DNA from: Callorhinchus milii
Lineage: Eukaryota
NCBI RefSeq assembly: GCF_018977255.1
Contig: NW_024704742.1
Coordinates: 38,070,001-38,134,000, forward strand
DNA: 64,000 nucleotides
Direction of reading: 5' to 3'
Below are positions 12,488 through 23,429 of this stretch, piece by piece. The translations under genes were made by a program, and so were the position numbers. Positions within the stretch are counted from its first letter, which is position 1. Each line of letters starts with the position of its first letter. The notes beneath the pieces were generated by a model. The model made no database searches. It saw only the letters and a list, made by a program, of their open reading frames with translations, and was not told the DNA's origin.

Positions 12488-13942
12488 AAAAGGTTGGGAG
12501 AAGCATGTGAAGTGTCTGGCTGGCTGGTTGACTGAGGGACTGACTAATCACACCCACCCCAGGAATGATCTCTATGTACCATGTACTTTGCAAAGCAGAT
12601 GTTAATGAGCACCAGGAATCTGCTTTGGCTGTGATCTGACTTCACGGAAGTTAGAAATGAGATTGGTATTTCAGAAAAAATCCAGATCAGCGGGAGACAC
12701 ATTCAGGGATCAGAGCTTTCAATATTTTCGAAGGTTTTTATGAATGCCGTACATTCAACTTCACTGCAGACTATTCTCAGATCTCCGAGACATTACCCTG
12801 CATGAAGGGCACTATAAAAGATCAAGTGGTTGTTGAATTTACATCAGCTAATTCTTGGTAAAGAGGAATCTTGAGAACTTGCATATAGTCAAGTCAGTCC
12901 TGCTAACTCTCACTATGAAAGGATATTCACTTGCACACAGTCTAAACAATAATCCAGTTTAATTTTGTCATTGACTTAACTCTTGCTGGTGTCCTAGTCT
13001 ACAGGAACAAATCAATCTTGTGTGTGTGGCGGCTACTTGTGCCGAACAAACTAATCCTGAGTGACTTGATTACTTAATAATTCCATTCTTGTAGCCTTTG
13101 GAAAATTACCTTGTGTTATGTTTCATTTTGACAATATAATTTTCTTGCAACTTTCAATCTAGTGATAGGTTCGGCAAATGTGCAGTCAGTTTTTAGAGGT
13201 AGATATTGTCCAGGTCTCTGCTTCACAGTATGTTATGTAAATGGTTATAAAAGTTATGAAAATGAGAAATACACTAAACTATAGAATGTGTATGATATGT
13301 ATCAATTTTGTGATTTTGATGTCCAAAGCCCAGATAATTGCAGGGGTAACAGTATTTGCTGTAACTTACAGTTGCTAATTCACCCTTTCTTTGCATTTTT
13401 TTTAATACCCTTTGCTTTGTTCTTTTTCTTTCTTGTAATCCATGCTCAGTCTTTCCTTTGTCTCGTTCTGTTTGTAACTGAATAAGCTCCGTGTCTGAAA
13501 GAGCAAATCTGCTGTGTGATCCTTTCCAGGCTCTGGTCCCCAGACAGGTCATCATTTGCTGTGACATGTTGAACCCTGAGGCTATTGCGTGGCAGGCAAT
13601 GGCACAAACTTTATTTATTAGCTATCCTTTGGGAATGGGTGGTCACCTCAGTGCGTGCTGCTGTCTTTGTTTCTTTGACGAACGTCACACATAGTCTTCA
13701 GCCAGTACGCGCCTGCTTTCCTTTTGAAAAGCAAGTCTTTCTGTAATGCTCGGTTTCTGGCACTGAGTTTCTTTTTCGTACTTGGAAGTTATCTTGTTAA
13801 GAACATAGGAATGTGTAGGACTGGAAAGACCTTTACATTCTGCCTGCCTTGTCTCCTTTCCACTGGTGATTGACTGGACATTCTACCAAAAGCTGAACTG
13901 ATAAATATCTTTTTCAATGTGCAGCAACTGTAAGTATACGGT

Positions 13943-13964
13943 GATATATATATATATATATATA
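13943..13964. repeat. (TA)n microsatellite
   Basis: atatatatatatatatatat run. Confidence 0.9.
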
Positions 13965-14178
13965 CAGATATATAGAAATAAAAAGAGATCACAGATCTTC
14001 CTTCTTGATCTGAGATCTGGAGGAGGTCTATAGCAATGATTAAACAGCTTTTACATAGTTGTGGCTTCAGGTTTGAATGTTGACTCAAGTGTTATTTTAA
14101 ATAGCCAAGGATTTTTTTTTAAAAAATTGCAGATGGCCATATGTTGTTATTGTGCTTATGGCTTTTTAACAGTTGCAC

Positions 14179-15857
14179 TGTTGCTTTTTTAAGAGCTTTC
14201 CGAGACACAACCCGAGACGTGTGAAGGTTGCTGTATACATGCTTGTTGTTGTTTCATTTAAATTTTTCTTTTTGTGAGTAATGCCTGTGACACCCGGTCA
14301 AAGATAGACTTCAGAGCAGTTTAATCATTCCCACTTTTGTCTCACCGCAAACTCTGTTAAATGAGTCTGTGTCACAATGTATATATTGCATTTGAATTGG
14401 AGACAACAAAACTGAGTCGAGGCAACAGACTGCCTTCTTTTTCTATTATATAATCATACTTGAAGCACACGTCCATGTCATATAACGTAAATGCCACATT
14501 TGGTGACGCAGACATAGTTTGAAACTTATTTAGTTTACTCCCGTGTTAACCAATTAGTGTTATGTGATTGCTGCCTTGTGCTGCCTATTTTAAGAAATGT
14601 TTTGATGTAAACTAGGTTACGGTGAAAGGAGATACAATAAAATAATAAAGACAACCTTGATATTATACACTTCACAACAAGGCACCTCTGACGATGCGGC
14701 GCTCCCTCTGCATAGTATTGTGAGCTCAAGGCCCCTACACAGGTCTTGAACCCACAACCTCTGATTGGAGATGCGAGTTCTACTAACTGAGCCAGGCTCG
14801 AAGAGGAAACTTGAAGAGGAAAAAGTTGCAACGATAAGGGGAAAGAGCGGGGGAGTGTGACTGATTGGGTAGCTCTTCCAAAGAGCAGGCACAAGCACAA
14901 TGGGCAGAATGGACTCCTTCTGTGCCGTCATATTCTATGATCTATGTATCTCAACAAACCTATCCAACACTGACTCCATGTCTCCGATGTCCTTTCTATA
15001 ACACAGTGCTAAGAACTACATACTACTCTCTCTATCTCTAGCCTAACATGTTTTATATAAATGTAACATCACATCCTTGCTTTTATATTCAATGCCCATA
15101 TATTGTGTAATCTATACTGATAGTTTATTTAAATAAGTACATAAGTATTGCCTTGACATTCATAGGAATGCCGAATAGATAGCTTCCTACAGTCACAACA
15201 ACATTCCTCAACAGCTACCAGCACTATGTACCCAAACAGCAAGGTAGTTCCACTCTCAATACATCGTCTGAGTCCAGTTAGAGGTCAAAATACTTTGTGA
15301 AACTTCCTTTCTACTGTGCATTAGGCCAGGAACACTTGTTGATCCAGATGACCCGAATGAGAAGATGTATGCACTTTTCCATGGTGGAATTAGGACCTAG
15401 GTGGATAATGGCATTGTGGCCACTAGCTGCAGAACCATAACCCAGCCAGTCACTATAGTCACCATGAGGCACAGGCAAGAAACTGCAGGAGAATACAAAT
15501 CTCCTTTCACTGTAACCTAGTTTACATCAAAACATTTCTTAAAATAGGCGGCACAAGGCAGCAATCACATAACACTAATTGGTTAACACGGGAGTAAACT
15601 AAATAAGTTTCAAACTATGTCTGTACATTGTGGCATGTACATTATATGACAATATACATTGTTGCACAGACTCATTTAACAGAGTTTGCGGTGAGACAAA
15701 AGTGGGAATGATTAAACTGCTCTGAAGTCTATCTTTGACTGGGTGTCATAGGTATTACTCACAAAAAGAAAAATTCAAATGAAACAAAAACAAGCATGTA
15801 TACAGCAACCTTCACACGTCTCGGGTTGCGTCTCGGAAAGCTCTTAAAAACGCAACA
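14179..15857. repeat. Long inverted repeat (arms 14179-14633 and 15499-15857)
   Basis: Direct reverse-complement match read by eye; the inner ~125 bp has only two mismatches. Confidence 0.95.
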
Positions 15858-17826
15858 AGGAATTATCCCGCTAACCAGATTTTATTGGGTGTTGCAGCAT
15901 TTTGTATCTCTGGTAATTCTGACAATCGGTTTTCTGAGAACCCAAGGTGAAAAGCCAAGGCCTGTTGTGGAGGAAGCTGCCAAGGTTGAAAGGAGCCGCA
16001 GAGAAAAGATAAGATAAATCAGAAAGTCGTGGTTAGATGGTGCCAAACTTATATATCAGAAGGTTGCCGATCACAGGTGATGATTGAGCGAGGGAAGGAG
16101 TTCCACAGTCTTTAGATCCTTGAAGAATAAGTGAGAACAGACGGTGGGATGAGTTTTCATTTCAACAAGTTGAGAATCCAGGGAAGAAGCAGAGCTTTGA
16201 CAATATGGAGGTGGATTTGGTTCAGCAGTAATGGGAGCATCACTAATGATTGTATTCTACCACCAGAAGTCCAGACTTTTTCTCCTGCCCTTATGTGCTG
16301 TGCCCCTTGTGCCAAGGCTCAACCATTAATCCTGACACTGGCAGGAGAGGTCCAGGCCACAGGTGGGAGGCCAGATGGTACTATCTATCCAGTTTGTAAC
16401 CGTCATTGCAGGTGACGGGGTTAAACAGAAGCTTACCACGTTCCACTGCTGTCAAACACAGCAAGATCACCGGGAAAGGAACCTGTCTCTGTACCATAAA
16501 CAACCTTGAAACAAGTGTCCAATTTTATTTAGGGGATTGTTGGCCAGGACACTGGGAGAAACTCCCTTCTCATTTCAAATAGTGCCATTTTATCAACAAA
16601 AAACAATTTCTGAGACCTTGATATGCACATAATATCTACCTCATTTCACTGCAAAACAGTCACTACACTGAAGTCATTGCTATAGGGCACTTAAAGACAC
16701 CTCAATGCTTTAGGTACTATAAATGTTCTTTAGTATCATTATAGTCAATGGTCAGCAAATCTGAACGCTGCCTCCCGGTATTGGTGTGTTCTTAATAAAG
16801 GTCCCTTGTATCCCATGTGCTTGGATTGATGACTTATTTTGATGGAGGTGACAGTGTGTCAGGGCCTGATACCAGCAGCCCAGAATCCACAGTAAATTCA
16901 GAGGCTGACTACGGCAGATACAACGCAGCAATCCTTCATGTCTGCAGCTTCAAAAAGGGCCTGCTTTCTCCTTAATGCTTTGTATGGGGAAATAATTTTA
17001 TCACCACCTTTGGAAACCAGACACAAAATTGGCACAAGAAGGGAAAAAGAACTTCAAAAAGCAAGAAGCATAAATCTGCTAACAAAGCAGTCAGTCCTTC
17101 TCCCAGGTGGTCTGACAACATTTCTTTGGTGGATTATTTATTGATACGCACTAAAATGATTACCCAGCACATCTCTGCTTTTCCTCTCCTAGCCAATTTT
17201 TTCCTTTCTTCTAATGGTGTTTGATTTCATTTTCTTCTACCGAGGACAAGGATTCACAGATACCAAATCACCCTCTGTTACCTTGCCCGCATTATTTCTT
17301 CACTTGCGAGCTTTGATAGTAAGCGCTGGCAAATATTCGACCGTGGGTTCTGCTGAATTGGCATTTTTAAAACAATATAGTAATATTAATTTTTGTCATG
17401 AGGGATTAAAAAAGTTGTCACTCCATATATAATATATATAAATAATTTGTATCTATATTTAGAAACTAACCATATAAGGGATGAATTTCATTTAATTACC
17501 TATATTTTGTGTGCTTTTATATCGCATTGCTCCACACTATTGCATTCCTTTCCAGCAGCAGAGCTTTGCACACTGTCCCAGCAGCCAGTGAAGCTGTTAT
17601 TTCACAGTGGACATAGATCCGATTTATCATTTGAAATGACCATTCTTAAAGGGGTTTGCACTATAATGTTCATTATCCATATAGTAAGTATTCATTGTTC
17701 ATTTTTAACAGCTTCACTAAAAAAACACAATCTTGCTTTGCAGCTTTATGTTGAAAGAACGTTTTATTCCTTTTTTTGGTCTGTGTGCATTTGAGAAATT
17801 TGACCAATAATGAAACATAATAAAAT

Positions 17827-18220
17827 GAATAATAATAATAATCCTTGCATTTGATATAGCACCTTATCATGTCTTCCAGACATCTCAAAGAGCTTCACAG
17901 AATATACTGTAAAGTGAATTGACTGTGCATTTTGTGGGTGAAACACGGCAGCCAATTGTGCACAACAGTGTCCCTCAAACAGTTGTAGAATTTAGTTCCA
18001 AAATTATTAGTTTGTTTTAATTTTTCTTTTTTTAAGAGATTATTACCCCCGGCAAAGCTATCTGCCAATCGACTAACAACCAGGTTCCTACTTAGTGCTA
18101 GGTAAACAAAGGCGTGTGGAATAAGGAAACTTGCCTAACGTTTTGCTCTGCCCGACAATCAATCCCAGGTCCTCTTGTTTGCAAGGCAAGGGCACTAACC
18201 ACTTTGCTACAGGACTCCAC
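17827..18220 (-). mobile_element. Same SINE family, long variant with extra internal segment
   Basis: Tail (AAT)n at about 17827 and head ending ...ctacaggactccac at 18220; contains the ggttcctacttagtgctaggtaaaca segment. Confidence 0.88.
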
Positions 18221-18388
18221 AAATTCCACCTCTTTTCTTTTAGCACGAAAGCCACCATTTTCAATACCAACTCACTTGATGTGCTCTGAACTAGCGATTG
18301 GAAGGTGTACACAGATGGTCCAAAATGAGCTACTAGTGCCATATAGTGAACCATACCATTAAGATCAGATTTCTATTTGAATCAATTA

Positions 18389-18605
18389 CAGTAGACCCCT
18401 GTTATAATGCACTTGGTTATAGAGTGGGTCCACTTACAGCGCAATTTGGGTGTGAACCCAGACATTTATTTACCCAAACAATCCAAAATGACCGATTTCC
18501 AGGTCATCAGTTTATCACCAATGCAAATGTTGACCGAGGATCATGCCCATTATTACATTAGCTGGGATTTTATGAACTCCAGCCCTTTATAACAGGACTC
18601 TACTT
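18389..18605. mobile_element. Tigger/pogo-like MITE
   Basis: TA followed by cagtagacccctgttataa; right end ttataacaggactctactt is a 16/19 inverted match. Confidence 0.7.
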
Positions 18606-19563
18606 CTGTTCTGCTATCCTATTTACTCTTCGGTCCAACACCTTGGGACGTCCTCCCGACATGAAAGGCCCTTTTTATATGTAATTTTATTTGTTTGTTA
18701 ACCTGAGACTTGTGAAATGGCAGGGGTCTTTAATCTAGGCAAAGTATTGTAAAAGGACACCAGGGAGATAGCACACCCCATTTTAGTTCTGCGGTTCCCA
18801 TCACAGTGAGTTCCTTATCTAAGGTCACTTAAGGAGCTCATTTTATGGAGACCACAGAACAAAACAGCTGTCACACTTCACTGCACTAGAGAAACCTGTT
18901 TCTGATGAATAAAAATCCAACATTAGTCATTAAAGTAGACCTCCTGTAAAATTAAATTCTCCTTTAAAATCTACAGATTTTCTTTCTACCTCCCCCTTCC
19001 AATTGTACTTCTTTCCTTATTCAGAGAACTGTTAGAAGAACACACTTTGGGACTGGTTTCTGTTGTCTGAGTCTGACTGTTTGTATGTTAGACCTTGAAG
19101 CTTCTGGACCTGAAACCTCTGTGGCGTTAGCCTGAATGTAGGTCACGCTGACTTGCGAGCTATTGGCTCCAGCCCAAGATCACCTCGTATCAGAGGTCTT
19201 GTGAGGCTGAGTAACACACATGGGGATGGATCACTGTAGAAAATACAGTTTACATCGCGAGGTGGTAGGAATACTTTGCTGAGGAGCACTTTTTCATCTG
19301 TGTAGCCAAAGCATTCATTCTGATTTTCAGCTCCGAAGAATACATTTGTTCCAGGACACCGGTCTCCAAACACTCCGGTCATCCCCAGCAGGCAGTAGTG
19401 GTGGTTGTTGAATGTTGTTTCTTCATCAAAAAACACTTTGTTAGCTTTTTGGAAGATTGGACTGAGTATGAAGCCAAACCGAGTCGAGCGCGGTGAATAA
19501 TATTGTAAACTTCTGTAGTAAAATTGTTTTACTGATGGGGCTATCTCTTGCTGTATGTTACAG

Positions 19564-19695
19564 GCGGACTGAACAAGTGTGCCGACCTCACTCCTGGCAT
19601 TCTACAAAACTAGTGGAGCACCAGCCAGATTCCAGCATGATGCAAATATCTCAGGGCACGGTCAGCACTCCTTGGCACCAACCCTACCATTCCAG
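19564..19695 (+). CDS. shroom3: Shroom3 coding exon (human exon 4 equivalent), phase 2-2, 132 bp
   Basis: ttacag|G...AG|gtcagt. Encodes RTEQVCRPHSWHSTKLVEHQPDSSMMQISQGTVSTPWHQPYHS, matching SHROOM3 RPHSWHTTK...QPDASMMQISQG...PWHQSYHS. Confidence 0.95.
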
Positions 19696-21616
19696 GTCAG
19701 TCAGAGTCCAGGGCATTGTCACAGCCACAAACAAATCTCCCAGACACACAGACACTTTCCACACAGAAGGAGGCCATTCAACTCATCACATCTTGTTTCC
19801 TTCTGTCCTGCAACCAAAAGGAGCGATTGAGGTTTAAATAATAGCAAATCTTTTAACATTCTTTTTTGGGGGGTTTGGGAAGCGACTGCTGACAGTGCAA
19901 TTATTTTACAGCTGTTTAATGCTTCTAATATAGGTAGGGTGCTGTAAAAGTGCAAGCTGTTGTTGTTGGCAGAAATGTCATCTTTTAGGTTTCTTTGTTT
20001 TTTCATGTTGTAAGTACATTTTTCCTCTCCCCACTTCCAAACGCTTATTTTTTTCCATTCCAGTCCTAAAGGCACTGACTCCCACTGAGTTTTGACTCCA
20101 CAGAGTCAGCCACCTGAGTGGAGCTTACACACTGTTATTAGTCATTCAGCTATGAGGGCATCACACAGATGGACAAGTGCACTGGGATGCACGATGCATG
20201 ATGCAGAGACACACCGATCCTCGCACAGATGTGTGGGTACACAAATGCAGGCAGGCCCACAACTTACAGAAGGGGTGTATATGTGTGCACATCTGTATAT
20301 AATCCTCTTGGAATTACTAAACTTAAACCGTGTATTACATCTTAACATGATCCAATTGAACCTGGAAAGTTTGCTTTCGTTATAGCAAGACACTTCTTGA
20401 TACTAGTGGTATAATGGGTTGCTTTCCATTGAATTAAAGCATCAGGAAAGACCAAAGTAATTTAAATATCTTGAAAATTCAGGTTCTTGTCAGTTATACC
20501 TGGTGTGGGTTCGTTTTTTTTTAGGATTGAACGCAGAAAATAACTTTACCAGAGGGGTACTTCCCAATGTATTAGTTAGAACTTAAACAGGATATATGTG
20601 AGTAATATAACTACAAAGCTTTACTGTGCTGTCATACATTACATGTAAAGTAAAAGGCAGCTGTTGTGCTTGTAGGGTTATGAGAAAAGTTATGAACAAT
20701 CATGCGAAACCTAAGCGAGGACAGGAGAGATGACCTCATTCTTCAGTCATGTAACCAAGTTGGTGAGATGCCATCTCTAGGGGAGGGGGGGAATGGTTTC
20801 TCTATTTTGATTAGATTTTCTCGCGGGGAGGGTGGGCGGAGAGAAATGAATGTGCCCAATCTAGTGTGTCTGAGGTTTGTGCTTTGCATGCGCACATTAT
20901 TCACAGATTACCTAAATGCTAAGCATTGTTTGCTCAGGCGTGGGCCCTTCCTGCTGCTGTGCGCGTATTTTGGCAAGAGACTTGCATCAATGTGCTTGCT
21001 AGGTTCCCTCTCCACCGCTGCTGTGATGACACAGTGTCATGCCCTCGCATTCACTTCTCTCACAGGAGCCACAGGTATAAGCCACTGAGCTTCAGTGGAA
21101 GCAGTTGTCAACAATAACAACAACAAGGTGCAGCTTCTGCGTAAGTGCCTGAAGGACTAAATGAAAGCTGTGTGAGTGTATATCTGGCTGTTGGGGGGGA
21201 AGGTATTACTTAAATAAAAATCAGACGAAGCAATAACAAAATCCTCACTTCTTGTGAAAGATGTAGATAATGAAAAGAGGTTTTTATTTGGCAGGTGATT
21301 CTTTATTATTATTAACATTTTATAAAAAGAAGTCCGAAAGTTATTACGAAGGTTAATACATCATAACCAGAATGTGCCCCACTCCTGATAAGTATAATAT
21401 GTTTCCGTAATGAAGGGGAAAGAAAGCTTTGAGTCAGAGTTTTCTGGGCAAAGTGTATCCACTGAAAGAATGAAAGCATTGTAAAAGCACAGGATCTCTC
21501 CCCGATCCCCTGAGAGAGAAGCCAGATTCAATCCCAGTCTGCTGAATTGGCTGATCTCAGTCAGGGTCTTAATCTCAGAGTCTCTTGGTTTGCAACTACT
21601 AATCCTTCCTCTGAAT

Positions 21617-21800
21617 TAATAATAATAATGATCCTTGCATTTGATATTATCTTATCACATTTTTAAGATGTGTCAAAGCACTTCACAGAATATACTGTAA
21701 AGTGAATTGACTGTATATTTTGTGGGCGAAACACGGCAGCCAATTGCGCACAGCAATGACCCACAGTCATGGATTGAGTGACCAAATTATTATTATTTAT
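21617..21800 (-). mobile_element. Same SINE family, 3' half
   Basis: aataatgatccttgcatttgat...cagcaatgacccacagtc. Confidence 0.8.
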
Positions 21801-22804
21801 TTATATTGGAGCGAGAGCTTTTAACCATTCTGCCCCACTCTTGAGAACTCTATCCCTCTGACTCACTCCCTTCTCTCTTTCATGGCATGTGTCCAAATTT
21901 ACCTCTTTGCGCTTTCGGTCATCTTTCCCCTCGGACCCCATCCCCTGCCTGGGTGCCCAATCAAACACTGTGTAATGCTTTGAAAAAGTCCTCCTGACGT
22001 TGAATGCTCTTTATAAATGAAAATTGTATTGGTTTGGTCATTCTAGTTTGGGATATTTTACAGTTGCCAGTGTTGGACCCCAAATTGGGTCGTAGTGGTT
22101 TTAGTACAATAAGGAGTCAAATAGGGCTACATTATCTAACCTGACTGCACTGCCAGACTCTTACCTGGATACACATAGCTACACAACAAAGTAACTCCTG
22201 AGCAACACTGCATTTCTAATTACATGGTGTTGAGTTTGGCATTTACCCGCACCTGACCAGAGGTGAGGGTTTTATTTCCACATTGAATAGAGACTTTGTA
22301 ACTTCAGTGTGATCACGCAGGTCTTTGTGATCCAGACCATCATGTTAGAACAAGAGACCATTCAGTTCAGCAAGCTGGCTTGTTCAACCGTTTACATCTG
22401 TGCTCAGGAAGTGCATGGAGGAGTCTTGCTTCACCATGTTCCACATTTTGTGGGATGTATAAGATCTTCTTCCCCACAGGCAGAGTGGGTAAAACAGATG
22501 TGGTGCCATTTGAAAAATAGCTTGATGCCATAATGGGAAGATGGCAGGTTTGTTATTCTGTAAGTCAGATGTGATGAATTGGGCTGAAAGGGCTTTCTTT
22601 GTCCTAGTCTCTCTCTCAGGATCTTGTGAATTTAGAAATAGTATCTATTCGTTGCAAACCAACAGAGTACAGAAGGAAAGCACAACATTATCCATAAGTT
22701 TTTTTTATATAATATGTACAGGATTAAAACTAAAACCCACTATTGTTGCACATTAAGGTGTACAGTACAGCAGCACTTTGTTTCCAGACACCGATAACAA
22801 CCCT

Positions 22805-23144
22805 CACATTTGATATAGTGCCTTATCACGTCTTCGAGTCATCTCAAAGCGCTTCACAGAATATACAGTAAGGTCAATTGACTGTATATTTTGTGGGCGA
22901 AATGCAGCATTGTGCACAGCAGTGTCCCACAAATAGTCGTGGATTGAGTGACCACATTTTTTTAAAGGCTTATTACCCCCAGAAAAGCAATCTGCCAACT
23001 GACTAATAACCGGGTTCCTACTTAGTACTAGGTAAACAGAGGTGTGTGGAGTAAGGAAACTTGCCCAACATTTCGCCCTGCTGGGAATTGAACTCAGGTC
23101 CTCTCGCTTCTGAGGCAAGTGCTCTAACCACTGAGCTACAGGAG
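22805..23144 (-). mobile_element. Same SINE family, long variant
   Basis: Head ...aaccactgagctacagga, internal segment and tail all present. Confidence 0.88.
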
Positions 23145-23429
23145 TTAATACAGTATTAGTGTTGAGGAGTAACCTGAATGACGATTAAAAGCACCTACAA
23201 ATATGTAATAGGATACAAATAAATTGTCACCAATTATTTCAATTTAATGATGTAATAAATATTTTTATAGACCATCGGAGGGTTTATTTTTTGTCTGTCT
23301 GACCTATTGCTTACAACAGGAATCCATTATACATTGTGAGCAATTCTTTAATGTATCCTTGTTTAAATATACTTGTGTAACAATGCCTATTTTCAATAAA
23401 ATGTTTTTTTTGTTCCTTTTCCACACTAG

